DNA of 58,831 nt, counting the filler, from Dugesia japonica (taxonomy: Eukaryota), in NCBI GenBank assembly GCA_001938525.1. It is 5 parts of 5 records of this genome, joined end to end, with 100 filler letters (N's around TTAATTAATTAA, not from the genome) between each part and the next. Parts side by side here need not be neighbours in the genome. Positions count along the whole stretch, not along the records: positions 17,560 to 26,445 come from MQRL01622676.1; positions 26,546 to 35,188 come from MQRL01604985.1; positions 35,289 to 49,136 come from MQRL01429821.1; 2 more parts are not named here. One strand, 5' to 3'. Below are positions 26,170 to 39,935 of this stretch, piece after piece. A program made the position numbers and the translations under genes. The notes beneath the pieces are model-generated. The model searched no databases. It had not been told where the DNA came from and saw only the letters and a list, made by a program, of their open reading frames with translations. Positions within the stretch are counted from its first letter, which is position 1; every line of letters begins with the position of its first letter.

Positions 26170-26400
26170 TGGCTTTTTTTCTTGGAACTTTTGTCCATTC
26201 AAATGATTTTGAAGAGATAAAAATAAATAATAATCCCATGGTGAGATGTAAGGAGAATATGGTGGATATTGTAAGACCTCATATCCAACTTTTTATATCT
26301 TCTCTTGAGTCAATATATCAGTAGGCGGTCTCGAATTATTGTATTGCACGAACACATGTTTCCTATTAGTTAGAGTAGATATTTTGACAGTTTTTCTCTA
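26170..26400 (-). pseudogene. mariner transposase catalytic C-terminal fragment
   Basis: LGYEVLQYPPYSPYISPWDYYLFLSLQNHLNGQKF, matching the YSPDLAPxDY motif. Confidence 0.85.
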
Positions 26401-26767
26401 ATTGTTGAGTATAGAGTTTTACGATTTTCTTCTAATAATTCTCAANNNNNNNNNNNNNNNNNNNNNNNNNNNNNNNNNNNNNNNNNNNNTTAATTAATTA
26501 ANNNNNNNNNNNNNNNNNNNNNNNNNNNNNNNNNNNNNNNNNNNNATTTAAGAGCATTTCACTGACATAAAAAACAATTGCTCTAAGAATTCAGCATTTG
26601 TCAGATGATATTGCATTACAGCTGAAAAGTGTTTTTTGCTGACACTTATGGAAATTCGAAATAACGTTGTTGGAATAATACGAATTAACGGCATATTTTA
26701 TATTTAAAAAATATTCTAATCACTTAGTTATTCTTCAAATATGATAGAGGACAAGGATATTGTAACT

Positions 26768-29700
26768 GGCAACCACACTAGAACTGTTACAAGGCAACAG
26801 TATCAACGTAAAGCAATTTAAGATGCGTTACCAAAAAAAGCGCAAGAAAAAATAAATTTAACTTCAGAAAATATGATGGAAAAAGGACAGAAGAAGCTTT
26901 AAAATGATTTAAGGATATCGACGAGTGGACTATCGTTAACGATTTCAATTTGTTGGATATCTTTGATTTACTATCGTCAGATGAAGCAGGAGGTCTTTGA
27001 AAAGATTTAAAAAAAATTGAGATCACAATGGAGGAAGCCAAAAGATAGTTCACCGACACATTTATGATAAAAAATCTTTTTCAGAGCTGATTTTAGAATT
27101 AGCAATGACAAAGCAAGAAAAAAAGTTCGCAACATTAGAAATCAGAGCAAAAAATCTGATATATAATGTCATTAATTCAGGACTAANTAAAGATTAAATA
27201 ATTAATGATGTACTCTCAAAGAAGGTGAAAAATACAAAGTTGAGAGATACATTGACAACACGTCTTGATATCCAGATCACAGAAATAAGATCCCTAACAA
27301 ATATTTACGAGGACAAGGAACATTATCAATGAATTTCCGAAAAGGAAGATATCTGTATGATACAAAAAAGATGAGTTATGCAAATGTAAGGAAACTAATA
27401 ATTAAATAGAGTTGAACAGGATAGACATATAATACGTGTAAATAATTTGCCAGTAAAAATAGTATATTAGAAGAACACACAATCAGTGATGATGGAAGAT
27501 AGAACACAGGTGATAAGGTCAAAACCGACAGTATCGATTATATATTTGGTAAGATGATATTTTAATAGACAGAGAGGATTTCCAGAACCTCGTGAAGAGA
27601 AACTTCGAGAGGGACAATGTTATTGCTGCGAAGAAAGTGAGCATAAACGATACATTAAAATAAAAATGTTTAATTTGCGGCTAGTTTGGCCATAATATTA
27701 GATCTTATTTGGTATTACAGGGCTCGTCTAGTAGAAGAAACACTAAAATTTTGTGTATTCAATAGGAATTGGACGATTCAAAATAAGATGATGTGAGCGT
27801 GACAGATCATGATGTAGTAATGGAAAAACCCAGAACAAATCCATAATGATGAAAGAGGAGAGATGTTTGAAAAAGTAGATGGGCAAAAGTGGAGTAGATT
27901 AGATGTTAATGGAGTAGAGTTAGAGATATTGTGGGATTAAGGAGCTTTTGCGACAGTCATAAATGAAAACTATTGGATTAAAATTGGAAAACCGTTGTTG
28001 TCGATGTGCAATATCAGATTTAATGGAGCATTTAATAAGGAGAGAAAATAACCGTTGGGTATTGCAGAATTAAGTTTACATTGGAATAAGAAAGTCAGGA
28101 AAATTAAAATCATGATATGTAGACAGATCCATCCAGAATTAATAGGCGGTATTGATACAATGCCAAGTTTTGGAGTGAAATTAACAGAAATAAATAACAT
28201 CGAAAATGAGAGTCTGAAGATAACACATTCTTATAAAAATAGAAAAAATAACGCATTGAAGTTTTTTCAAGGAATAGATAACAGAAAAATGGTTTATTTG
28301 ATCCAGAATTTCAGTGAGATATTCATGGCTTTAAAGTTCGATATTGGGCATACGAAAAAAGTAATACATGAAATAAAAGTTAAAAAAGATCCAATGATAC
28401 AGCACCCTAGAAGACAGCCGACGCATTTAGAAATGAAAATTGAAGATGTGATTACAGAATTAGCAAGATTGATGTGATCAGCAATTGTAATAGTCCTTGA
28501 AAATTTCCATTAGTGATTGCGTGTACAAAGGACGGCTAGATAAGAATGCGCGTGGATTACAGAAAAGTGAGTTTGACGACAGGAAAAGTCTCTTTTCCAA
28601 TGTCAGATATTTAATTATTATTAGACTGTTTTTCTGGCTTGAAATTATTTTCATCGATTGATATGAGCCAAGCCTATTACCAAGTGGAGTTAGCGTAAAA
28701 GTCAAGGGATGTCACTNCTTTCAGTACAAAGGAAGGTCAATTCAGATTTAACGTATGCCTTTTAGATTAGCTACAGCACCGGTCACTTTTCAAAAGTTAA
28801 TGCATGAGTTATTAGAGGATTTAAATTTCAAAGGAGTTATTGTATATCTGGATGACATTCTGGTGTACGAAAAGACTTTGAAGGATCACGAAAAATGTTA
28901 GAGACAGTCTTTTACAGGATCAGAGACTCGGGATTAAGAATAAACCTGGAAACATGTAAGTTTTATCAGAAAGAATTGTTATTCTTGGAGCATTCAGTTA
29001 GTGCAACTGGTATACGCATTAATGAAGTTAAGATCCAAGAGATTAAGAATGTTATAGTTCCAGAATGTTCTTCAAAACTTCTTTTGTTTCTCGGACTAAC
29101 GAACAATTACAGACGTTTCATAAAAGATTATGCAAAGACAGTAGCTCCTTTATATGAAGCAACGTCAGGTTGCAACAAACCCTTAGTTTGTACAGAAGCA
29201 TTCCAGAATAGTTTCAATGCGTTAAAAGATAAGTTGTGTAGTGCTCCAGTATTAGAATATCAAAGGAAGGATCGGATGTTCATGTTAGATATTGACGATA
29301 GTTTTGGCGCTATAGGTGCAGTCCTTAGTCAATGCAAAGTGAAAAAGAAAGTGGTAATAGCGTATGGATCCAGATATTTGACATGCTCATGAAAAAGAAT
29401 ACTGTGTGACAAGAAAATAACTATTAGCTATAAACGAATTTGTACAATAATTCAAACAATATCTGTATAGAAAGAGATTTCTAGTAAGAACGGACCACAA
29501 AGCGTTGGTATTTCTGAACAACACAAAGAAACCAATCAGTTCACAATTCCAGACGTGGACGGCGAACTTCTTAGAGTATAATTTTGAACTGAAGTATAGA
29601 AAAAGCGAAAAAATTAACAATCCGGACGGATTGTCAAGGCTAAATAAAAGTTTGTGTTCACAATGTAGCATGAAACACATAGACTCAAAAGGAGAAAAAG

Positions 29701-30720
29701 CCAGAACGAAACATATCTATGGAAGTCAACATGAGACCGACACAATTACAATCATTTGACAAGCTCAGACCAAAGATTTAAAAATACAAAGCTGTTTAGC
29801 AATGTTGGGAGAAGAAAGTTTAAAGCCAAAAAATAGTAAACTAGGAAGCTACTGGAATAAACTGAAGCACGAATTAAAAATAGTGGATGATTTGCTAGTA
29901 GTGGAAAAAGAAAATAAATTTTTGTTAGTGGTTCCGACAAGCATAGTTGTTAAAGTTATAAAGGAAATTCATTAAGATTTATGACATGTGGGAGGAAAAA
30001 GTTATTTCCATACGTACAAGATAGTTTTTTCTGGCCAGGAATGCGCGAGACAATTAATAAAAGTAATGATAAATTTGAGATGTGTGCCAAAAAGAAAGTA
30101 GTACAAAAACTTACAAAAGAAAAACGTATACCGCTGAGAAACCAAATTTTTTTAGAACTAATCCTAGTGGAAATAGCTCATATGGAACAAAGCACGTCTA
30201 AAAAGAAATATGTGGTGGTAATTATTGATCGTTTTAGCAAACCAGTCAGCTAATCTGCAGTTTCAAAAATAGATGAAAAGACGATTTTTATGATAATTTT
30301 GAACAAATGAATATACCGTTTTGGTAAACCAAAATCCATTCTTACTGACAGAGGTAAAGTGTTTGAAAGAAACTAGAAAAATTTGGAATTGTACAGGAGT
30401 TTAATTCAATTCCAGTCAAATGGTTTGATAGAATGGATGATTCAAACAGTGAGCGGCATGATTACGATATCAATAAAAGGTAAATGTAATGAGAAAGATT
30501 GGAAGACATTATAACCGAGAGTAGAATTTAGTATTAATGCTGCAATACACGAGTCAACAAAATTCTCCTTTTGAAATCGTATTTGGTCGAACGATAAATC
30601 TGCATATCAAAGAGGAAACGTTCTCAAAAGAAAGGACAGACAGAGAAAAGATGAATGGATTCAAACGACAAAAGAATTTGCCGCGTTTAATTAAATGGAG
30701 CTACCATTCGCGTTTGATAT
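26768..30720 (+). mobile_element. Decayed Ty3/Gypsy retrotransposon (gag-PR-RT-RH-INT)
   Basis: PBS-like tggcaacc at ~26768, zinc knuckles, LWD*GA protease, YLDD at ~28843, RNase H DDSFGAIGAVL and RTDHKAL, integrase VVIIDRFSK and TDRG. Confidence 0.92.
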
Positions 30721-30729
30721 GTTAATGAG

Positions 30730-33700
30730 ACGAGATGCGAAAGAATTATGGGTGGNAAAATGCAAAGAAGATGTAATTTTGATGAACGAGGTCTGCAAAA
30801 AATGGTTTCGTGAATCATTTGTGATTTAAGAGACACTAGTGGATAAAATAACACTTTTGTCGAAGATTACATAAACCCCAACTGAAAAATATCGTATTTT
30901 GAGTTAAGAGAAAGAAAAATAGTAAATGAAGTTTTTACTAGTAAAAACATTTCAGATGTAATTGCAACAATATTTGTAATTAATGGTGTAAAAAGCGAAA
31001 AACTGAAAGAATCTTTTGTTCTTCAATCAGAACTTACTGATATTTAAAGACGAGAATTAGCTAACAATTTGGATAAATTGATACTGGCGTATACTGTTAA
31101 TGTGGTAAAAAAACAGTTATGCAAATACAGTGAAGAAAGATGAGTATCAGTCAAAGTTTTCAAAAGATTATCCATAAATGAATACTCAAAACGATCCAAG
31201 TACAAGAAGTCAATCAATTGTTTTCCAAGAGAATCAGTATTGCGCAAATGAAATTTAGACCCAAGGACAAGCGCAAAACAATTGTTTTCCTCGATACTCA
31301 ATGAAGTGTATAGCCAATAAGCTATATTGTGAACCAAAGGAAAGAATCTTCCTCACGAAGACGTTTTAGCAACGGTAGCATGTTTCTGCTGTAGAGATAC
31401 AAGACGTAGAAGAATGAATTGTCCATTAAAAGACAAATGTTTAATATGTGGAAAAGAAGGTCATAATTTTCGAGATTGTCNNNNNNNNNNNNNNNNNNNN
31501 NNNNNNNNNNNNNNNNNNNNNNNNNNNNNNAAGATATTATGTATTGCAGGAGAAGATGATATGTTATCTCACAGTGGTGAACAAATGGAGTATTTACACG
31601 ATGTTTCTTTAGATGATGATGATAAAAAACGATCAGCAACCCACTGCATACATCTCCTCAGTGAGGTTGNNNNNNNNNNNNNNNNNNNNNNNNNNNNNNN
31701 NNNNNNNNNNNNNNNNNNNNNNNNNNTTAAGAGAGATGGAAAAGAATGGAATTTGATCCGTTGCAATGAATATGGCATTGAGATGTTGTGGGATTCAGGA
31801 GCAGCAATATCAATCATGAGTGCGGTTGTGTGAAGAAGAATTGGATCATTTGATCTATCGTCGTCACACATTGTTCTAACAGGAGTGTTTTCTGAAAAAG
31901 GAGAAAAATGTATCGGGAAAACTAAACTGAAATTACAATGGAATGGGAAGCTAAGAGAGAAAGAAGTAGTAATTGTTAGAAATATTTATCCAAAATTTAT
32001 CGGAGGTATTGATATCATGAAGCTCTTCGGAATGAAAATCACTGAAGTTGATTTTATTAACTCAGACGATGGAAATCTATTACCAATAATACAGAAAAGG
32101 TGAAAATGACTTTAATACTTCAAATAAATGTCAGCCAAGAAGTAAGAAAAAGGATAGAAACTTACAAAAATTTATTTATGTCATCAAAATTTTATCTTGG
32201 ATATACGAAACTGATGCAACATCACATTGAAATGACAGGACCTTCGATAATGATAAACCCGAAAAGACAGCCAATGCACTTGGAAAATGAAATAGATGAA
32301 TTTTTAGAAAATTTTAGAAAATTAAATATTATAATCAGTTGCAAAAGTCCATGGTATTCCCCATTGGTAATTGTACCAAAGAAAGATGGGACGATACGAA
32401 TGTGTCTTGATTTTAGAAAATTGAATTCAATTACAGAAAAGTATTCGTTTCCAGTTCCAAATATTCAACTATTATTAGATACGCTTGAAAGATCAGTCTT
32501 ATTTTCTTCTTTAGATTTAGGGTAAGCATATTATCAAATTGAACTAAGCAAAGAATCAAAACTAAAGATGGCCTTTAGTAGAAAGATGGGTCAATCTTGT
32601 CTGAATCAAATGCCCTTAGGATTATGTACTGCACCACCAACATTTCAAAGCTTGATACATAAAATATTTGAAGGAATGTTGTACAAAGGAGTATTAGTAT
32701 ATCTAGATGATATTTTAAAACAAAAGAGGAGCACGACAAACGAGTTGGTAAAGTTTTTAGCTACTAAACGATGCGGGTTTAAAAATAAATCCAAGTAAAT
32801 GTGTGTTCAATTCCAAGAAGCCGAAATTTTTAGTACATACAATTAGCGCCAAAGGCATAGAGACAAATGACGAAACTATCAAAGAAATTCAAGAAGTTGT
32901 AACGCTAAAATGCGCCACGAAAATGCGAGCGTTCTTAAGATTAACAAATTATTACACACGTTTCATAAAAGATTATGCTTTACTTGCAGCATCATTGTAT
33001 GCAGCTACGACAGGACAAGAAAAGAACATTGAATGGACAAAATAATGTGAGGATAGTTTTCAATCTTTGAAGATAAAATTGTGTAGTGCTCCGATTTTGA
33101 CTTTCCCAAATAATAGGGGCGAAATGATATCGGATACTGATGCTAGTTTTGAAGCAATTGGAGAGGTTTTGAGTCAAATAACGTATAATGGATTGGAACA
33201 GGTCAAAGCATATGGTTCTTGAACTTTAAAAAATCACGAAAACGGATATTGCGTTACTCGCAAGGAATTATTAGATCTACATGAGTTTATGGTGTATTTT
33301 AAACACTATTTGTATGGCAAGAAATTTAGAGCAAGAACGGACCATAAAGCATTGACTTTTATGACGAAGAGTAGTAAGCCCATTATTTCTCAGTTTCAAA
33401 CATGGATAACAAATCTAGTAGAATTTAATTTTGAACTAGAATTCCGAAAAAGAGCAGCTCATAGAAATGCTGATGGACTTTCAAGGATAGGACAGAGTCT
33501 TGGTTCGCGATGTCAGACTATGCATCAAGATGCCAAAGGGGAACGATCTCGAGTTAAAAGAATCAACACTTTAGACAAAACAAACTTTGATAGAAGTACA
33601 GAGAAATGATCCAATAACTGGAGAAATCATTGAATATATTGAAAGTGGAATGATAAATAATAAGCTCAGAACAATGGTGACCAAAAGTAAATATTTTACC

Positions 33701-33965
33701 AAACTGGAAAAGTTTGAGTTGGATGATGAGATACTGATTATCAATGAAGAAGACAAGAAAAGAATTGTACTGGCAGAAAAATCGACAAATGACCTTATTT
33801 ATTGTATACACGATGCGTTATGTCATGTGGGAGGCCAAAAACTGACGGAGTATTTGAGTATAAGTTATTTTTGGCCAAATATGCAAAGAAATGTAGAACA
33901 TCAACTAAAAAAATGCATAATATGCTACATGCGTAAAACATACACTGGGCGAACAAAGGAAAAAG
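30730..33965 (+). mobile_element. Second decayed Ty3/Gypsy element of a related family, truncated in integrase
   Basis: CLICGKEGHNFRDC knuckle, LWDSGA, SPWYSPLVIVPKKDGTIRMCLDFRKLN, YLDD, DTDASFEAIG and HDALCHVG..C..C. Cut at ~33970 by hAT sequence. Confidence 0.92.
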
Positions 33966-33974
33966 TATTATTTA

Positions 33975-35141
33975 ACTTTCGCACCCCAATTAAATAAATA
34001 TTATTTTATGGCATGTGATTTATGGTAAAAAATAGTAAATAGGTTAAAAAGTTGTAAATCAAACAAAATTATTAAAAATGTTATTAAACATAAAATGAAA
34101 TCATATTTATTCACTTTGTTATTCTTGTTTTTGTTTTATTAATTTTTCGAATATTGGAAGTTTTTCGCTAATTGCAGTTCGCAGATCTGATTTTGGATTC
34201 AAGCAATTTCTATGCTTGGTTTTTATTGATAGAAGGGAATTAAATCCAGATTCGCACAAGTAAGTTGTGCCAAATGGAATAAGAAGAGATAGTGATTTCT
34301 TCCCCATCTTTGGGTACAAATTTCCTAAGTCTTCTCAAAATTGTTTAAAAATACGATGATTTAAAGAACATCCTCTTATCCAGTTGATAACCTTGACACA
34401 AGTATCAAGTGTTTTCTTTAATCAGTGCAAAGGGAACCAATAACTCTGATATGCAAATCATGACTAGCAAATAAATTCTCAGTCTCTGTTTTTTATCTTT
34501 TGCTGTCGTACTAGTTTTCAAAACAGGAAATCTTCAATAATTTTATTAATTTTGACGTATCTAATCATAGTCATAAATTGACTACAATTAGTGATATCGG
34601 TAGATTTATCCAATTAAAGGAATATTTTTACAGGACTATCTTTGATGTCGGAGATGACTTGATCTAAAATTTCACTACTCAATTCACAGATTCTTTTTTT
34701 GAATGATATTGTTTCATAAAAGAACTTGCTCAAGTTTTTTAGCTTCTATGCCGACAATAATTGTTGCCATTTCAAGAATGCATGGTTTTATTAAAGTTTT
34801 TCCAATTATATACGACTTCGTGTTTTTCGCTATCATATAAGCGACTTTACATGAAGCCAATAGTAATGGTTTGTCAACAGAAACATAACACAATTTTAGA
34901 AGAGTTCCCAAAGAATCAAAACTAGTTTTTTGCTCTTCAATGAATCAATATCCTGTTCTCTATTTTCAGAACCGCCATGTTTGCTCTTAAAAGGTTCTTT
35001 TAGTTTTAATGATTTTAAATTTGAATTAAAAAATTTGGCACTACAAATAATACATTGAGACCTTTGTATATTATCATTATTTGTTGTGCAAGTGAAACCA
35101 AACTGCACATACTCCTCATTCCACTTCCTTCTTTTTGACAT
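33975..35141 (-). mobile_element. Internally deleted hAT Buster/Charlie (ZBED5-like) transposon
   Basis: MSKRRKWNEEYVQFGFT..QCIIC, SCKVAYMIAK..IGKTLIKPC, QLDKSTDITNCSQ, and the dimerisation motif LIPFGTTYLCESGF. Confidence 0.9.
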
Positions 35142-35650
35142 AATAAACTAAAATTTAAATATTAAATTAAGTAAAATTAAATTTAATANNNNNNNNNNNN
35201 NNNNNNNNNNNNNNNNNNNNNNNNNNNNNNNNTTAATTAATTAANNNNNNNNNNNNNNNNNNNNNNNNNNNNNNNNNNNNNNNNNNNNTAATAAAGAAAT
35301 TTATAAAAAATAATATTTATAGCATAAATTATATGTATAAAAAACACAAAACAAAATAAAAATTTTTAAAAATTTTCAGAAAAGTACAAAACAAAATGGA
35401 CATTTTTGAAAATTTTCAAAAAAATACAAAAAATCAAAATTAAAAAATGCTAAGTATAATATATCTATAATATCTAAAAAAGTTTTCTGTAATAATCAAA
35501 AAAAAAATTTTTTGAAAATTTTTTGAGTTGATTTAAAAATAAAAAATTAAAATCATTAAATTTTAAAAAAATAAATCAATTAAATTTTGATAAAATTTAA
35601 AGAATTTAGTAACAAAGATCTATTGCACTGAATATCTCAAGAAGCCAACA

Positions 35651-35686
35651 TGTTCCTGAAGAAGACTATTGTCGAAAATTTGAACT
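35651..35686 (+). ncRNA. Minimal hammerhead ribozyme-like motif (family 1 arm)
   Basis: gttc-CTGAAGA-a-gac tatt gtc-GAAA-attt-gaac, with perfect helix II and a 4-bp helix I. Confidence 0.55.
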
Positions 35687-36574
35687 TTTTTTGCAAATAA
35701 ATTTTTTTTGATCGAAGCTTTATCTTATTTTAATGAAAAATATTGGCAAAATAAAAATGGGATAAATAGTAACCTTTCCTCTAAAAAAGAATTAATTGTT
35801 TGTTCTATACATCAAGACTAATAAAAAGTAATCGTTAAAGCATTCTTAAATTTTCAGACAGTTTATTTATCTTACAAATTTTTCCCTTTGTTGGATTTTT
35901 CAATATTTGTAAAGCCATCTCAAATGAATTATGAACAATTTGATGAATGTAAAACACTTTTTTAAATGGTTTTGATAGAATAAACCTGGAAACGAATTCT
36001 AGTACAAAATTATTCACTGGTTAATCCAAGACCTACTGTTTAGAAAAGCACGTGGTTTCATTATTGAGAATAATCGACAATATATTCAATAATTTATAGC
36101 TATTCAAAACTTATATCATCTTTGAAGGCGACAATATGATTATAATTAATAACTATAAGACATTATGAAATTTTTCAATTAAAATTATTGAGAGAATAAT
36201 TGTTGGACTTAAACACTGATCAAATTTTAGATTTCATTAAATTAAAAGTTTTGATCAAAATGTTGTTTCATTTCTTTTTGGTTCTTTTTGTTANTTATTC
36301 GAATATTATTAATGTTTGACATGATACATTTGATTTCGACAAATATGAAGATCCTTTAAAAATTGTTATTCTTTTCAATTTAATTTATAGAATTTAGCGT
36401 AATTCTCATTGCAATTTAAAAAAAAATATTTTAATAAAGATGAGTAAATACATTTCATTTCAGAAATTAAAATTTTAAAATTTTCATTTCAAAATTTATT
36501 TTCTAAAAATTAACTTTCGATTGATCTGTAAATTAAACGAATATTTTGAAATTTGTTTTTCAAAATATTTGTAT

Positions 36575-37016
36575 AAATACTTTCCTGTCTCCTCTGAAAT
36601 AACTTACAATTTTTAGAAGATTGTCTCTAAAATCTTGAATATCGAAAGAATTTAATTCTTTGTTTAAATTGAAATATCGTGGAAAATAAATTTCATTAAA
36701 AATATTTTGTCGGAAAGTAGAAATATTTTCATCTTCATGTTTTATATCATCTATCAAATATATTATCAATGAAAAGTTCAACAAACAATAGACCTCTTAT
36801 TGTGTTCTTGATTATTTCTAAATTTTCATTAATCATTTCGATAATCGAATTTGTAAGATTTTCGTATTTTATTTCAGATTCTGGTAGAGTTAAACATTGA
36901 ATAATTAACAGTTCAAAAACGTTTTTAATTATTTGAGAAATAATTTTATTAAATTTTTCTTTAAATCCTTCAATATTATCCAACTCGGATGTAATGTGTT
37001 TTGCTATATCCGATCT
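36575..37016 (-). pseudogene. Exon of an unknown helical protein with one frameshift
   Basis: Acceptor tttcag at ~37016, overlapping ORFs 36747-36983 and 36560-36784, and donor gtattt. No recognised family. Confidence 0.35.
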
Positions 37017-37949
37017 GAAATGAAAATTAAAACAAAATTAAACATAACTATAAAACACATTCAATTTAATTTTTTTTATTTCTATAATTAACATTTTTAA
37101 TTGTTTTTTTTAATTTTTGTTAATTCTCTTTCAAAGGTTTATTCTTCCTGTTTCTTGAGCAAATTTCCTAAGTAATGTTGTAACGTTTTTTTTATACTAG
37201 AAACGACTTGGTTAGTTAAACAAAAACCAACAATTAAATTCGTAATAGATGCAAAGTCGATTTTCAATTTTAGTTTGGTATACACTGGTTTCAATCTACA
37301 AGGTAACGCGAAATTTGAAAGCATTCTTTTTTATGAAAATTCAAAATCAGATGTCTATTTTCCAATTCATCGACTATACAGACTTTCCAATTTGCTGAAA
37401 AGATAGTGGCAGTAAACCTCTGCACACATTCAGTAATGTAACGAAACTTAATCCTAATGCATTTAGTTGGGAAATTACAAATGACATCATATTTGGTAAT
37501 ATTATGTCAGAGATGTTGTTTTTTCTCTGTGTATTTAGTTAGGAAATGTTTTGTAAATGTTTTGTAATGTAAATTATTTCATGAGATTAATTTAATCGAT
37601 GAAATTTTATGTAATATGATTAAGAAAGACTATGTTTTCTAATGATTTTATTTGACAAAATTTTTTTGCACACAAATTGTGTAATTTTTAATCGTGTTTT
37701 GAAAAGTTTGGCTAATTATTTTTAAATTTAGGCTTTTAGTTAAGAAAATTTTTCAGGCTTTTGAAGCAGCAATATTTTTTCAAGCTTTTTAATTGGGAAA
37801 AAATTTTATTGGGAATTTCTTATATGAATCCTGTCTACCGTTCATGTTATTTAAATAATATGAAAATTTAAAAAATTTGTATATAAAATTTTTATACGAA
37901 TCTGGCTAATCAGTCTAAAATTTTGAAAATATATATTCGTCATCTCAGA

Positions 37950-39420
37950 TTTAAAAGATTTCTTTACCAAACGGATACCAATGTAGAGCTGGTGTTTCTG
38001 CTTCCAATTTAGCTACTGATAAAATGTCATCAAAGGTTCTCTATCGTGGCAATTTCTAAATTACTGACTGGCTTTTCTTAAATCAAGTTAAGACTAACAT
38101 TCTTCCAGTTAATTGAAGTCCGCATAATACTAAGAATGAAAAAAACTGCGAGAAATTTAGATATGATATTGAGTCACAACATTACGTGCTTGAATTGTGT
38201 CCGGCTAATATGCATTTTATCCTTAATAGACATAACGCAGCACTTAATCTTCTCTTTGCAATCGCAGGATACAAGTCGCTGTTGAAAAAGTTTTAAGGAC
38301 AAACACTGTGTCCTTTTAAACTCTATGATGCGAGTAGATCTACAAATCGAGATAAAAAAACGCCAAGAACTTCGACTATAAGATTTCAAAGCCCCCTGTG
38401 ACAATTTAAAAAATGTGGAAGAATGTCACCAAGCTAATATTTCAAAGTATAAAATACTTAATGATGGAAAATTGTTCTTGACACATTTACGGTCGAATGC
38501 CTCGGCTCTAGGAAAGCGAAAAATGATGATATCCTGAAAAGTCTGAAATTTATGAAATCAAAGATTGGCCAACTGAAAAGTAACATGATAATTTCAAATA
38601 TCGAATGGAGCCACCTAACATGGAATGTACATAACACTAGGAGTATTGTGAGTGGTGCTCCCTCTTACATGGAGCTGATTTATATTAATCAAAAACTTAC
38701 AGCGGAAAACCTCAATAGAATTTATCCTCATTTAAAGCTAATTGACGATAAAAAGATTTCGATAGATTGGGATCGCATGGAATCAGAAATGTATAAAGTT
38801 CTTTCTAATTGTACAAATCCAACAATTAATAAGTCAGCTACAGATTTCAAATCAACAGACGATATTTATTCAACAATTGATATCTAAAAACGGAGCTTTT
38901 GATTTGTGATTTTTGTGGAACACTGTAGTTGAAAGCAGAAGAAGTGCACTTGTACTTGTAATTATTTGGTGGTATTTTAAATATCTTTGTCCTCTAAATC
39001 ATAAAGTCATCTCTGATGTTGATCATTTTGAAACAAACTTTACTAAATGGATATTTTTGGACTTGATTATCCCGATTGTAAATGATAATTGGTTTATTGA
39101 ATCATAAATCGGAACAAAATTTGGAAATTTTCATTATGAATCTTTTTGAATTCGTAGATAATTTTCTTAACGACCAAAATGATTTAAAGGAAAGTCATGA
39201 ATGCTCGCAAATGTTTCCCGAGATCATCAAAAATGGGATATGTAAATATCATTTCAAGTTTGGCTCACAAGTGCGACAATGGATGTAAATGGAAATCTAT
39301 TTAAGTAGAAAAATACAACTTGTTGATATGCATAAATCATTTAAAATTTGGAGCAAAATTCAGAAAGTGCTATTCGAAATGCCAAATTTATGCTCGTATC
39401 GATTGTGAGAATGATGAGAT
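37950..39420 (+). mobile_element. 3' fragment of an RLE non-LTR retrotransposon (NeSL/Utopia-like) with a C-terminal extension
   Basis: DWLFLNQVKTNILPVN, decayed CCHC CEKFRYDIESQHYVLELC..RHN, RLE RVDL..DFKAP..KY and SHLTWNVH, then ~250 further codons. Confidence 0.82.
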
Positions 39421-39935
39421 ATAAAATAAGGTTTTTAAGATTTTCTAAATTACTAATTTCTTTCAATAACACTCATTATTATTTAGCAAGACGTTTGTAA
39501 ATATTTTGAAGCAATTTTTTGTTAGTAGCTATAAAAATAAGAGTAATGTAAACATCTTTATCTATTTCTATAAATGTTTCCACAGTGTTTCTGTTAATAA
39601 TCATTCCAAATTTTGTAAAATAATTGAATAATACTAAACCAAATCACATTTACAAAACGATACAAGTACTTAAATAATTAGTAACAAAAAAGTATTTCGA
39701 CCAATAAAATTCTGTGAAACTTTTTCAACAAATTTCTTTTTGAAATCAAAATGCAAAATTTCTAGATCACTTTACCCGCGGCAGAGGGATGATCCAGTGC
39801 TGACGTGTCCAACTACTTTCTGATATTGATTTTATAAAGTATTTTTTTTGTAGTCAGATAAATTTTTAAGAGTGCATTTCAGATAAACAACATTTTAATT
39901 AAAAAGATAATAATTAACAATTATTCATTAATTAC

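Noticed and set aside
26768-33965. TGA at several expected Trp positions, suggesting an alternative genetic code
   Set aside because: The same elements also have TAA/TAG stops and frameshifts, and intact ORFs use TGG for Trp. This is ordinary decay.
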